The notes: generated from the letters alone by a model not told the origin. Shown: positions 35,286 to 48,361, counted from the stretch's first letter. The stretch is 64,000 nucleotides of DNA from Cladosporium halotolerans (GCF_011745625.1 NW_027191463.1:62001-126000); one strand, 5' to 3'. Numbers and translations are program-made.

Positions 35286-36917
35286 ATGTCGTTCTCCATC
35301 CCCGCGGAGCCGAATCCCTTCGACGACCCTGCCGGCGCCGAACAAGCCGCGAACCTCCAGGCCGTCCTCACCGTCGACCGGAATGCCACTCTCACGCTAG
35401 GAACTGACGCCCTGATCGTGCTGGACGAGGGCCTCGTGCACCGCCGGGAGCCACGGAATTGCTGCGGCCTTCTCCCCCAACTCAGCAAGACCACGCGGGC
35501 AATCCCTTTCTACAATGTTCTCTGGGCGACGCTGGAGGATTTCGAAGTCACGGTGCAGTTTGCGCAGCCGACGGGGAAGAAGGGGTGCACGGTCGGACAT
35601 GTACACTATACATTGACGGACAAGAGCATGTACGCGCACGCGAAGTCGTGGGTGGAGGCGCTGCTGGATCGCGCGTACCCGTCGGGCGTGAAGCGGCGTA
35701 AGAAGATGAAGGTGCTGGTCAATCCGTTCGGAGGGCAGGGGTACGCGCAGAAGATGTGGTCGCGGGAGGTTGAGCCTATTTTCGCGGCGGCAAAATGTGA
35801 CATTGATGTGGAAAAGACGGCGTACCGGGGCCATGCGGTTGAGATTGCTGAGAAGATTGATGTGGACGCTTACGACGCAATTGCGTGCGCGAGTGGAGAT
35901 GGACTGCCGCATGAGGTTTTCAACGGGCTGGCAAAGCAGAAAGATGCTAAGAGGGCTTTGAAGAAGGTGGCTGTCGTGCAAATCCCGTGCGGGTCGGGCA
36001 ATGCGATGAGTTTGAACTTGAACGGAACGGATTCGCCTTCGCTGGCCGCGGTGGCAATCGTAAAGGGCATCCGATCTTCTCTGGATCTGGTCGCCATCAC
36101 TCAGGGAAGCCAGAGATATTACAGCTTCCTGTCCCAGGCTGTCGGCATCATTGCCGAATGCGATCTGGGCACCGATAGTCTACGATGGATGGGACCTCTG
36201 CGATTCACTTGGGGCTTCCTTGTCCGCCTAATGGGTCAGACGGTATACCCTGCCGAACTGAGTTTCGCCCTGGAGACAGACGACAAGCATGCAATCCAGG
36301 AAAACCATCGCCGCTTCCTGAGCGAACATACGGCCTCGACAGCCAAGAAGCTCTCCCAAGGCTCATTGTCTGCCTCGGAGGTGTCCGTAGCGGCCGGCAC
36401 TTCGAACGATGGCGAAGGCCTCCCTGCGCTTCGCTACGGCAGTGTCAAGGACGCTCTTCCCTCCAACTTCCAGACACACGACATGCCGACCCTAGGAAAC
36501 TTTTACACGGGAAACATGGCTTACATGTCTCCCGACACGCCTTTCTTCCCGGTCGCCCTTCCTGCTGATGGAAAGATGGATCTGATCACGATCGACGGCC
36601 TCGTCCCACGACTCACAGCTTTACGGATGCTTACGAACGTCGAACATGGCACTCTGATGAACTTCCCTGAAGTGAACTACCGCAAGGTCAGCGGCTACCG
36701 CATCACACCTCGTCTGACAGAGAAGCCAAGCAAAGGCTTGAAGTCGAAGATAGGACGCTGGTTGGGTGGTGCGGGCAAAGAGAAGGAGGGCTACATCGCC
36801 ATTGATGGCGAGCGAGTGCCGTATGAGCCCTTCCAGGCGGAGGTTATGGAAGGTTTGGGAACTGTGCTGAGCAAGAGAGGGGGCGTGTATGAGTTCGACG
36901 GACCACCTGCGGCTTGA
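35286..36917 (+). CDS. Sphingoid long-chain base kinase (Lcb4/5-like, DAGKc domain)
   Basis: VLVNPFGGQG, SGDGLPHEVFNGL, IPCGSGNAM, DLGTDSLRWMG..RFT, IDGE. Confidence 0.93.
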   Translation: MSFSIPAEPNPFDDPAGAEQAANLQAVLTVDRNATLTLGTDALIVLDEGLVHRREPRNCCGLLPQLSKTTRAIPFYNVLWATLEDFEVTVQFAQPTGKKGCTVGHVHYTLTDKSMYAHAKSWVEALLDRAYPSGVKRRKKMKVLVNPFGGQGYAQKMWSREVEPIFAAAKCDIDVEKTAYRGHAVEIAEKIDVDAYDAIACASGDGLPHEVFNGLAKQKDAKRALKKVAVVQIPCGSGNAMSLNLNGTDSPSLAAVAIVKGIRSSLDLVAITQGSQRYYSFLSQAVGIIAECDLGTDSLRWMGPLRFTWGFLVRLMGQTVYPAELSFALETDDKHAIQENHRRFLSEHTASTAKKLSQGSLSASEVSVAAGTSNDGEGLPALRYGSVKDALPSNFQTHDMPTLGNFYTGNMAYMSPDTPFFPVALPADGKMDLITIDGLVPRLTALRMLTNVEHGTLMNFPEVNYRKVSGYRITPRLTEKPSKGLKSKIGRWLGGAGKEKEGYIAIDGERVPYEPFQAEVMEGLGTVLSKRGGVYEFDGPPAA

Positions 36918-37177
36918 TCTAGTATGCAGTCAAAGCCAAGGAGTGAGATGGGTGGACGGTCTCTTGCTTGCTTTTGCGGCGTTCTTGGAAAACTTTTCGC
37001 GGAATGATACCCCCAAAATTATCTTACCTAACTACATGTGCCGGCCTAGAGGAGAGAATGGCGGACATTGCATTTGCGTTATTAGGCATGTATGCTGGGA
37101 TAATTTAAGACTTTGCTTTGATGTGCAAGTTGTTGTGATCGATTTGTTCAGAGCGAACTCCATGACATCTTACTAGC

Positions 37178-38856
37178 CTACAGCATCAACACGTCAACAT
37201 TCTTCGCCACCGCCTCCAGCTTCGGCCACGTCTCGGCAACAGCTTCTCTGATCTTCTCGACCGGCATCGGCACGCTCGCCATGACCTGCTGATAAGCCTC
37301 CGCGACGACTTTGCCAAAAGGCGACTCCCACCCATAGCTCTTGTCAATATTGTCGTGAAGCTCCAGCATAAAGCCCAGGAACACAATCTGCAGATCGAGG
37401 CCTCCCTTCCTTGTTTCCTCATAGATCTCCCGCGTGGACGGGTTCCCGCACAAAGCCTTCGTGACATTCGCCATCATCCAGCAATCAATGACCCGGTCCG
37501 AGTAGAACGGCTGCGGGAACAGCGCCGGCGAGCACTCGAAGTGCTTCTTCGCGCCGATGCGCCACGCGCGGTACACCTCGCCTGCCGAGAGGTAGCGCAC
37601 GAGTAGCTGGCGGAGCAAGTGCGGCACCGGCTGGCGCGTGTACGACCACATGCCGGAGTTGAGGCAGAGCTTGAGCGCGTCCTTGATCTCGTCCTCGCTC
37701 GCGGCGTCGTTGCCCTTCTGATAGTCGAAAGTCGTGCCGGAGACGGCGAAAGCTTCGGCTTGGATGGCGGAGACACGGCGTTGGGCTTCAGCGGGGGTCG
37801 CGGGGACGAAGAACTTGTGCAGCTGCTTTTCGTGCCGTTTGACGAGGTTGTCGGCCAACGTAATGAACTCGGGTTTGAGTTGATCGGCGGGCTTGAGGAG
37901 TTTGTCTTCCGCGTGCGTGGCGCCTTTGCGGCATTTGGGGCAGCGGCAGCTGAAGAGGTATTGGTCGTTGAGCTCAGCTTGGCGGACGCTGAAGGGGTTG
38001 CTGGTGTCGACGTATTTGATGAAGAGCTCGTCGCCTTTCTTGATCGGTTTGAGGGCGCGGAGCAGGAGCTGAGGTTGATTGAAGAAGACAATGAGGTTGG
38101 GATCGCAGCTGTGGTTTGCACTACAGACGATGTTGTCAAAGCCTATGCCAAGAGAGATATCGTCTAATGCACTTGTGAGAGCAATAGTGTTGCAGATAAT
38201 CTGTAGTAGTTAGAGCGAGAATGCAAGTCTGTTGCATGAATCCAACTTACGTTGAAGAAAAAGGCCTTGGTCACTGACTGGGAATCAATCTTTCCAAGAT
38301 CAGGCTCACCGCAGTATTTCCATGCGCCAAATGCAAGCATGTTGAAGTCCTCCCATTTCTTTTCCTGATGCAGCTGGATCCATTCCAGCGCTTTGCTATC
38401 TACGGCAGGCTTGAATTGCAATATATCAAGCAGTGCCTCATCCTTGCCCTCAGGGTCTGCCTTCAGCCTTCCGAGCAGCTTGATAGCAGCGCGTACGCCA
38501 TGGGGGAGATCAGGTCGACCTGGAACGGAGATGATTTTGCATTCATGCTTGTGTTCCCGCTTCCAAGCTTTGCTCTGGCAGGTTTTAGAGCAGTACCTCA
38601 CTTTTCGGCAGCCGGTGCAGGCTTTTGTGTCGACGTGAACTTCCGGAAGACCGAGTCTAGCTGCCTGCTCGCGTTCAAATTCAGACGATCCCTTGTGGAA
38701 GCACCAAGCACAGGAATCTTGCAATCTTGCTTCGTCTAATTCTGCAACCGCGGGTCGTGCGATGGTGTGAACAACATCGCCCGGCTTGAAGTTTTTGACT
38801 GAAAACAGTCCTCGACCTGCCTCTTCAATGTCCGATTTCCGAATTTCGACGTTCAT
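37178..38856 (-). CDS. SET and MYND domain (SMYD-like) methyltransferase
   Basis: GRGLF, MYND CAWC..CTGC..YCSKTCQ..W..HKHEC, ANHSCDPN, GDELFIKY, C..CPKC; intron 38201-38250. Confidence 0.9.
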
Positions 38857-39824
38857 TTCCTTTGTATTCAAATTAGTCCTGGCGTTGTCAATTTAGGTGA
38901 AGTTGAAGGAGATGAATTGCTTGGCGCGGCAGGGTCTGAAGACTGCGCATCTCTCCGAGCTGCTGTGCACTCGAGCCAACGAACGAAGATTACCTACTTG
39001 TTCTGCACTCCAAGCAGAAATGGAACATCACATTGATCGATATTTCCGCGGTGCTTTAGACTACTCAGTTTCTGGCTTTTATATGCGACAGATTTGTACA
39101 ATGCTGTGGCACCCCGACTCAAACGCGTCTGCCACACCTGCGCTTTCTCCAGGGCTGAAGGGCCGACTGTCAGTCTAGCAGCTGATAGGATTCCTTCAGT
39201 ACTCAAGGAAGATCTGTGCACGCAGTTTGAAACATCAACAGCGCGATATGACTCGTGGCAAGGGGAGAGCCATGAGCAGCCCGCTCGACCACACAAAGTA
39301 CATATCTAAATACCGCAATGCCCGTCAGCCTAATCATACGATTAATAGACGAACGCTATTGCTTTTGTCCCTTTTCGCTTCTCCATAGAAAGTATGAAAT
39401 ACTACCTTACTAGAGGGAGCACTTGTGTGAGTCGGGTCACATCTTCAAGAATGCAGGATTGAAAGTCTCGATACGTTTTGCCTTTGTGATCGCGTTTCGA
39501 CTGTGCGAACTCTCTGAGATGAAGTCGTCGCCGTGGTCGACCAACAAAGCATATACAAACCGTGACGGCTCGCGAAGTGCACGGACCTCTTTTGGGTTGA
39601 AGCTCGTGTACGAGCGAGCGAACCAGATTTCGGATCCTTCCCGGAACCCTCGGTTCGCTGGGTTTCTTCAGCAGGCACCCATTTGGTCTAATGATCGAAA
39701 GCACCATGTCCGGCGTACATCTTTCATCTACACCTCGGACCTCTTACACTGTCATGCGCGAGGCTCGCTTACAACGACTGGATGTAGCCTCGGCCTATGG
39801 TTAGTCACCAGCTCCTCAGCGGTC

Positions 39825-41421
39825 ATGGGTGACCGACGAGTGGTCCAGCGCAGGTATGCGCCGAAAGTCAGGAGCGGATGCGTTACTTGCAAGTCAGTAT
39901 CAATTGTCTTTGAAGTGAGGGGCTGGTTGCCCTAGCTAACGGCTATACAGGATACGCCGCGTTAAATGCGACGAAGCGAAGCCTTTCTGTGGACGATGCA
40001 CTAGCACTGGTCGCAAGTGCGATGGATATGTACCCAACCCAGATCCGCACGGGAAGCTTCTTGTACGACTACAGGAAGCTCCGTCTAAATCACTGGCTTA
40101 TGGACCCTCATACGACGCTCTAGAGAAAAGGACCTTCGAGTTCTTCCGCATCAGAACTGCACCATGCCTGTCGGGGCGTTTCCACGATCCGGTGTGGCAA
40201 CGGCTTGTGTTGCAAGCATCTCACACCGAGCCTGTAGTCCGACATGCAGTCAACGCCCTCGGGGCATTACACGAAGAACGCTGCTTACGAGCAGAGGCTT
40301 CTGTCACTGGCGTTGAAGTCGGCCTCGTGCAAACATTCTTCCCCAATCGCCAGTACGCCAGAGCATTGAGCGGGCTTCAACAGCTTCTTGGCTCCAAATC
40401 AGCATCGACCAACACCATTCTTCTTTGTGCACTCCTTTGTGTTCATTTTGAGGCTATGCAAGAAAGATTTCTACCTGCCTTGACGCACGCAGAGAATGCG
40501 ATGCGATTGCTGGACCCAGCCCAAGCTCCAACCACGGAAATAGTCGATCCCGCCTTGGTCCGCGCATTCATCCGCATCGACCTACAAGGCTCGTTTTACA
40601 TCGGTGTACGAATGCCGAGCTTAGCATTCATAACTTCGACCTCCGACAATGAGCTCCCTGAATCTTTCACGGATCTCTACCAAGCGCGGGATTTCGTCAC
40701 AACCTGGGCGTGCCGACTGTTCAGCTTTTTGCGCATGACGGCAGACAAGCATAAATTCGTCACGCCAGGCTTCTTGCCACTGGAGGCCATCGCTGAGGCG
40801 CAAAAGCTGGAACAGACCTTCATCGACCTCGACCGTCTCCTCTGGTCTTTCATGCAGAAGTCGAATCTCAAACTCAACTTCCGCGAACACCACGTCCTCG
40901 CCATGCTTCGTGCTCTTACTATCGAAAATCGCATCGTCACGGCCGGCTGCCTCTACACCGAAGCCTCCATTTACGACCGCTTCTTGCCGGAGTTCGAGCA
41001 GTTGCTTTCCATCTGTCGATTCGTGCTCGAAGCTGAAGACCCGGCCGACCGCTTACTCTCAGTCAGCCTGGACGAAGGCCTGTTGCGTGCGTTGTTTTTC
41101 ATCGTCACGCACTGTCGCGACTCGCGGACCCGGCACAGTGCCCTGGCGCTCTTAAAGCAGTTGCCGGCCAGACAGGGTGCCTGGCACGTCGATGCGATGA
41201 CGAAGTCTGCAGACTGTGCTGTCAGGATGGAAGAGGCCGGATGTGGGAAGGAGAGCCCTCGGTGCGAGGACATCCCCGAGTGGCGGCGGGTCCACAGTGA
41301 GGGGTTTGACGCGTGGGTGCTGGCGGCGCCGAGGCGGAACAAGGTCGTTGCGAAATTCAGGCTTAGGCCGAATGGCATGGATGGAGAATGGGCTGACGTC
41401 GAGGAGGAAATCGAATGGTGA
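39825..41421 (+). CDS. Zn(II)2Cys6 transcription factor
   Basis: KVRSGCVTCK|IRRVKCDEAKPFCGRCTSTGRKCDGY across an intron, followed by a fungal TF regulatory region (WQRLVLQASH.EP.VRHA). An alternative 3' end at 41606 is possible. Confidence 0.92.
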
Positions 41422-42404
41422 GTATCCCCTTCGAATTTTCTTATTTCAACGGTCTACTGACACTGACTCCCTTAACCAGTCGAGAGAGCACTGCAGTGCC
41501 ACTCACCTCGGACGACCGAAGACGGTATCTACAACTCTCTTCTGATATTACAACCATTCCGTACCGCATGGTGCCAGAGTCGGAGCGGGTGAACAAGTGG
41601 CCATGAAAGCTGACTTGGTTTCCCGCACAGCGTCCAGATGGCGAAGTCGAAACACTCCATGTGTCGCCATGAAGAAAAATTGCTGCCTTATGGCCTGGCT
41701 TGTCGCGATTGCACTGAGCTCTTGGGCTTGAAACCTCGACGGCCTGTAGAGTCCGGATGAATGACCACTGGGTGAATGAGCGGAGCCGCTGATAGCATCA
41801 CCTTGCGGAGACAGGGACTGTGAGAACATGAACACGATGACTAGCTGACTACATCGACTTTTGCGATGGGTTGAGCTTGGGTCGAGCAATGAGGCACGCC
41901 TGTGGAGTCTGGCGTACAGATGGAGACAACAGCAACATCTTTCAATGCTTTATCGAGTTTTGGGGAACGAATTTAGAAGATACCAATCGCGCATATACCT
42001 TTTCAGAATCGATCAAGTCAATGGCAATCGTTACTGGTACACAAGCTATAGATACTTGAACTGTGGCTGGCCAGCGTGGCGCATGCATGGTGGATGTCGT
42101 GCAGCCTTGGCGGTGCATCGCCGCGCCCTGCCTTCTCCAGTTTGGGTCCACTCTTCGACATCCAGCGAAACCCACTCCCCGTGTTCTGGTGCTTTCCAAT
42201 GCCAAGGGCACTCCCAGATAACGTGCATCGATGGTCATCCCTGTAGAAGGGCGCGAACACTCATACGCGCTCAGCACACCTCGACATGGTATAAGTTAAA
42301 GCTTGAGATCTCCTCTAGTCTTCACCAAATTCACCAAACACATACCCATCAATTCAAACCATCGAAAACTCAAGCCTTCATCTATCAAACATTGAAAAAA
42401 CAAA

Positions 42405-43166
42405 ATGACTTCCCAAATCAACTGGCCCTCCATCAAAGCCCTCAGCTTCGACATCTACGGCACGCTCACCGACTGGGAATCCGGCATCTACAACGCCGCG
42501 CGCGCCTCCGCCCTCGGCCCCCACCTGCCCGACCGCGCCGCCACGCTCTCCGGCATCGACGCCCACGACGTCGCCGTCCAGGCCGAAAACCCAACCATGC
42601 TGCAATCCGACGTGATCGCCGAAGGCTTCCGGCGCTTCGCGCGCGACCTCGGCGTCGTGGACGCCGGCAAGCTGAGCCAGGAGGACGTCGACGCGGCGGC
42701 GAGGGAGTACGGCGCGAAGATCGGCGAGTATCCTGCTTTTGAGGATACGGTCGAGGCGATCCGGGGTCTGGGGAAGAGGTTCAAGCTCGTGCCGCTGTCG
42801 AATGTGGACCGGGCGTCGTTTGGGCGGACTCTGCAGGGGCCGCTGGAGGGGTGTCGGTTTGATGCCGTTTATACGGCGCAGGATGTTGGGAGCTATAAGC
42901 CTGATTTGAGGAATTTCCGGTACCTGCTTGAGCATGTTAAGGGTGATTTTGGGGTGGAGAAGGGCGAGTTGGTGCATGTGGCGCAGAGTCTGTTTCACGA
43001 TCATAGGCCTGCGAAGCAGATGGAGATTCAGAGTGTTTGGGTTGATAGGAAGGGGTTGATTGGGGAGAAGAAGCACGGGAGGTCGGAGGAGGAAGGCTAT
43101 GAGTTGAGGGTCGAGACGCTGGGCGAGTTGGCTGCTATTGTTGAAGAGGCGTTTGCGAAGGCGTAA
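42405..43166 (+). CDS. HAD-superfamily haloacid dehalogenase type II-like hydrolase
   Basis: FDIYGTLTDWE, LSNVD, YTAQDVGSYKPD, HVAQSLFHD; TATAAG upstream at about 42290. Confidence 0.92.
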   Translation: MTSQINWPSIKALSFDIYGTLTDWESGIYNAARASALGPHLPDRAATLSGIDAHDVAVQAENPTMLQSDVIAEGFRRFARDLGVVDAGKLSQEDVDAAAREYGAKIGEYPAFEDTVEAIRGLGKRFKLVPLSNVDRASFGRTLQGPLEGCRFDAVYTAQDVGSYKPDLRNFRYLLEHVKGDFGVEKGELVHVAQSLFHDHRPAKQMEIQSVWVDRKGLIGEKKHGRSEEEGYELRVETLGELAAIVEEAFAKA

Positions 43167-43628
43167 ATGGTCTCATTCGGCGATCAGATGCTCCGTTCTT
43201 AGCGAGAAGATTTTCAGATCGATTGACGAAGGAATTGAACGATGAATATGTGGTTTCCATGCACCCTTACTGAGATTTCTACTATCGAATGGATTCACGA
43301 GAAACATTTGGGGGTCAATTGAAAGTGAATATCGTACAGAGAGGAGCCACAGCGAATGCTCGCCCGCAGCACGGACGCCAGCCAGCTTGACGTCGCTCCA
43401 AGCGCGCAACCGCAATTCTCAAGCTGTAGCAGCAGCTCGAGCACCACAGCACGATACCCCACCATAGAAACAAACCTCACCAAACACCCACGCGCCGTCT
43501 TCCACACCAGACCCGTCAACTTCCAAACTCGACCCTCGCTACCGCCCCCAAACTCCCGCCCAAAAACCCAGCCAGGCGCATCCGCGCCGCGGCTCCCAAA
43601 CCCACCACCAAACGCGCAACCAGCAACA

Positions 43629-43989
43629 ATGTCCCTCAACGCCTACGTAAACAGTACACCTCCCCTCCATCCCTTCCCCTTCCGAAAGCCCAAACCCCCA
43701 ACTAACCCCCGTCCCAGAAAAAGTCCTCATCCTCACCGTCGACGGCCGCACGCTGACCGGCACGCTCGTCTCCTGCGACCAAGTGACGAACCTCGTGCTC
43801 TCGGACACGATCGAGCGCATCATCCGCGAGCCCGGCGACGACGAGCCGAGCGCCGAGCAGCCGCACGGGCTCTACTTGGTGCGAGGCGACAATGTCGTCG
43901 TCTGCGGGCTGGTGGACGAGGAGCTGGACAAGAGCATCGACTGGGCGAAGGTGCGGGGGGAGGTGATTGGGAGCACGAAGCATGTTTGA
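43629..43989 (+). CDS. LSM8: U6 snRNA-associated Sm-like protein Lsm8
   Basis: MSLNAYVNK|KVLILTVDGRTLTGTLVSCDQVTNLVL..GLYLVRGDNVVVCGLVDEELD; intron 43654-43717. Confidence 0.92.
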
Positions 43990-44571
43990 GAGAGATGTGC
44001 AATGGGGTTTGGTATTGTGGTTTGCTGGCTGGATGTATGCGTGGGCTAGGGACGGCGATGGAGGGACAGGCTCAATACTGTGATGCTGCTGGGCGAGAGG
44101 GCAGGGGAAAGAGAGAAGAAAAGGCGAGACGCCCGGACAGGTGCCGGTGCGCCAGGCCCGCCAGCATCAATGAGAAGAGCACTGCGGATATGACCGCGAA
44201 CGCAAGGACACATGTGCGAGAGCATGGAAGAGCCGCCGATCCTCAAGCACATCTGGCCGAACGAAAGACACGACGCAACTGGAGCAGGCAAGAGACACGC
44301 GTATGTCAAATATGCTCGCAAAAAAACATCACCAGGGCTAACCGGGGACCGTCCACGCGTAGCTAGCTTAGAGAAATGTATACCCAGCAAAAGAAGATCG
44401 TACGGCCGCGACACTGCGGGCTGTACTCGTTCAATCGTTCATTTCTAGCAAAGAAAAAAAGTGGCCTTCAGCACGATGACAAGCAAGTTGCTTTCTGTCG
44501 CGTAAAGCGGCTTTCGCAAACCACCACCACGCCATGCTTTCCGAGCCATTACGAAGCCCCATTTCTGGCGA

Positions 44572-46511
44572 TCAAAAACTCTGCCTTCCCACCATCCTCC
44601 TCGGCAACAGCGCAATGCCCAGCACAGCGCCCAACGTAACACCCCCAGCCAAATACAGCACCCTCTGCGCACCCCTCGGATCCGAAGCAATGCCTCCCGC
44701 CGGCAAGAGCGTCTGCGCCGTGAGCGGCGCGATGATGCCGAACAAGCGGCCCCAGAAAGACGCGAGACCCGAGCCCGTGCCGCGGACGGGCGCGGGGAAG
44801 ACCTCGGGCGTCCAGCCGTAAAGGACGGCGTTGAACATGGATTGGAAGAAACTGTTGGAGAAGGGGCGGTTAGGGATGGGTGGGGTTGGTTTGGGGGGAG
44901 GGGCAGGGGGACGCTTACTATTCCATCATGTTGAGGCCGATGTTGGCGGGTTGGGTGTTGACGGCGGAGAAGACGAAGATGGAGACGGCCATGAGGGCGG
45001 CGGAGATGAGCATGGTCATTTGCCGGCCGAGGACGGGGACCCTGTACATCATTGACCCGAGGACGACGGCGACGATGCCGGGGGTGTAGATTGAGAGGTA
45101 GTTTTTGTACGTCGATTCGATTGAGAGGCCGAGGGCGCCGTTTTTGGCGGCGAAGATTGCTGGGAGGTATGTGCCTGTAGTGGCTGTTAGCGCATGAATG
45201 GTATGTGCGGAAACAATGCAAACACTCACCAGCCAGAGTGAAGCCCCAGAAATCACAGATGTAGATCAACCAGACGAGCAACGTCAGGCGAGTAATCTGC
45301 CAACCCTTGAAAAGCATTCCGTAGCGCACGAACTCAATCTTGACTTTGGCCATGAACGGAAGGTCGCGCTGCTTATTGCCAGAGCCGATCAGATGAGTAG
45401 CGCTCTTAGTCGAATCATCCTCGGCGGTCAAAGCCTCGAAGTCTTGCAGCGTGATGCCACACTCGCGCTTGTTGACTTTGGCAACGTGCTGGAGGACTTC
45501 AATCGCTTTCTGGTCCTGGCCGCGGTATACAAGGAATTTGGGGGACTCCTTGAAGTTGAATATAACGAAACGCAGGAAGAAGATAAAGAGGGTGATCGCG
45601 CCAAGAGTAAACATCAGGTAGCGCCAGCCCATGTTGTCCGATCTGCTGCAGCATGGCTCGCCTGGCGGGGTGATATTGCAGGATTGGAGTGCAAAGCTTC
45701 CGTCGGGATTGGTGACAGTGAAGTCCGGGTCGCACGAGTATCTCGGAATGAAGCCATAGGCGATGGCACAGCAGATGGTGACACCGATCGGTTGGAAGAT
45801 GGAGAGAAGCGCGAGCATAAATCGCTTGTTCTGTGGGATGAACTCCAGGCAGATCGTCGTGTCAATTGGGATGTTTCCGCCGATACCGAACCCATTGAAG
45901 GCAGTCACAACCAGGAACGCGGTATACGTGCTACAGCCGCCTAGTCCGAGGCCAAAGGCTGCGCTGATGAAGCACGTGAGATTGAACGCCCACTGACGAC
46001 CTGTTGACTGTCAGTTCACATATTGCGAAATGCGCGCCTGGGCATGACTTCAGAGTACCGACCGATGATATCGACCAGAAATCCCCACACGAATGCGCCT
46101 GCGGTGAGACCGGAGGAAAAGGCGACCTTTGAAACTCGTTAGATGTTTGGTTTCCAAGTGTGAGAGGGATCGGTGACTAACCGAGATGTTGCCACTTTGA
46201 TCGCCAGGGAAGCCAAGCTCCTGTTGCAGCGGGCTCAAGATGAGGCCAAACGCCTGGGCCCAGATCAAGTCGATGAAATACCCGAGACCACAAAGGCCCC
46301 AGATGTACCACTGGTATCTGCCGAAGCCATTGCGGTCGATCTCATTGTTGATCAAGACGCACTTTTTTTCGAAGAGCGACAAGCCTTCTAGCTCTTCGGG
46401 CGCAGCGCCACCGGTGCTGCCACTGGCGGCGGCGTGTTCGTAGTCCGGCGGAATCGGCGAGTGCTCGTCGCGAGCCTCATCAGCCTCTTTTCTGAAGGGT
46501 GAAAAGCCCAT
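44572..46511 (-). CDS. MFS transporter (SV2-like/sugar-porter-related)
   Basis: GFGRYQW, DIIGR, GGNIPID..LEFIP, GWRYL, ESPKFL, LYGWTPEVFPAPVRGT; four introns. Confidence 0.9.
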
Positions 46512-47597
46512 TGTGGTCGCACGGCGTGTCGGGTTGTCAGACGGGTGGGTGCAGGTGTCACGCGGGGCTCGTGTAGGAAGGAACTCCGGGCGAGGTCCTG
46601 CGCGGCGACGCGCGAGGCAAAAAGGAAAGAAGTCTTGTGCGAAGGAGAGGTTAAGGATGACCTAGCGCATAGTGCGTGTGAGTAGTGGCATGGCTCGGCT
46701 GGCCACGTGCCGCAGGGTCTTGACGATTGCCCATCTTCACCAGCTATTTCGCCCTGCCCGCCGCCGCGATAATGCAGGCCTGCCATAATCAAGACGTCAA
46801 CGTCCATCCACCGGGATGATAGCGCCAGATAGGCTCGCCGCTAGCCGCTTTCGGCCTGGCAGCTCAAACATCCTGGCCAAGTCGCGGGAGGAGTTGAAGA
46901 AATGTTTTCACCTTCTCCACGAAGGGCCCTACTTCTGATCAACACAGCGATTCACTTGCAAGGATCAAACATTATTCCGTAAACAAATCAATGCCGTATC
47001 TTTGGCTGACATGTGCTTCATTCGGATCTCAGCTCCGCTTATAGTAACGAAGTCTATCTCTCCGCTCGGCGCACGGTCACAAGATGGCGTGGAGCCAATC
47101 GCTCGCCCCGATGCAGATCTTGGACATCGACCCCACTCTCGCGCGCTCAAACTATCCATCACTTTGCCACCATCATCCGCCATGATTGTTTTACCGCACG
47201 AGTCATGCATCAATGATACTGATGGCTGGGCAACTGGGTGTCGACTCTGACTTCTCACACTAATCATTTGCCGCACCCAATGCCTTGTACGCCAAGGTAT
47301 GTGATGGCGCGTAGACAGATGGCAAAGCATCGCGCAGGGCTGAGGCTCCTCAAGCTCATAGGCAAGAGGCGCGAAAGCCTCAGGCGAATTGACTTTTCTA
47401 GGATTTTTAGATGAACATGGGCGAGAGCAGGGAAGCAGGCGAAGACACCAAGGCGCAAGGATGTCGGCCTCTCTTGGCTGTCCTTGGATGCGGAGATGCC
47501 TGCAATAGACGCCATCTCTGGAAATACTCATAATAACGACAACGTCCTTTATTCCTAAATTCCGCCACCTATCAGAACCAATACAAAACCGTCCAGC

Positions 47598-48065
47598 ATG
47601 CTTCTCTCCTCATCCCGCCCAAAAACCACATCCCACACCAACAATCCCCCCTCCACCTTACCCGGCCCCTCCCAAACCGACAACATCCTCCTCATCTGGT
47701 CCAACCTCCAGACCCCCCTCGCCCGCTTCCTCCTCTGGTTCAATCTGCCTCTCTTCTGGACAACAGTCGTCCTCCTCGTCTCCGAAGTCCCCTTCCCCTG
47801 GCTTTTCGACGTCCTTCCGTGGTCAGAGTTCACTGACCTCATCGTCATAATCGTTTTCCTCGACGTCTGGATGCTGTTGACCCTCACGGTGGGGCTCACG
47901 GGCGCGTTAGGGTACGAAGCGTATTGGAATCCGTACCTTCGTGCGCCGTCACTTAAGGGACTAGTGGGTTGGGAGGAGGAGGCGGAGATGGCGAGGGTGG
48001 GGAGGGTGGGTGGGAGGAAGTTGTTTGGCGCGGTGTGGTTGATTGATGGAGGGTTTCGGATCTGA
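47598..48065 (+). CDS. Small hypothetical membrane protein (155 aa)
   Basis: ATG-initiated ORF with two to three hydrophobic segments; no recognisable motif. Confidence 0.45.
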   Translation: MLLSSSRPKTTSHTNNPPSTLPGPSQTDNILLIWSNLQTPLARFLLWFNLPLFWTTVVLLVSEVPFPWLFDVLPWSEFTDLIVIIVFLDVWMLLTLTVGLTGALGYEAYWNPYLRAPSLKGLVGWEEEAEMARVGRVGGRKLFGAVWLIDGGFRI

Positions 48066-48361
48066 GGGACGCGGGTGTTGGGCGCTTTCATGGCACATCC
48101 TAAGAGCGATGGCTTTGGGTCGTAGGCAGGGGACGCTCGGGAGGTTTGGGCGGCTCGTGGGGCTCGATTCCGTGGGTTGGTGGGTGGGTGGGTGGGTTTC
48201 CTCGCGCGATCGGATTCGTCTAGGATCGGAAGGATGACTTTCGTTGACGAGCTCCTTCGATCAGCTGGTCTTCTGATGTTGAGCGGACACCCCGGCGTGT
48301 GTGTTGTGTCTTAGGGCTATGGCTGAAATGAAGGCATAGGTGGTGCGAACGTGCCTTTCGC

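Noticed and set aside
43629..43989. LSM8 (U6 snRNP) as a functional partner clustered with the intron-containing tRNA
   Set aside because: It lies 16 kb away with unrelated genes between; linkage of a housekeeping gene is most likely coincidental.
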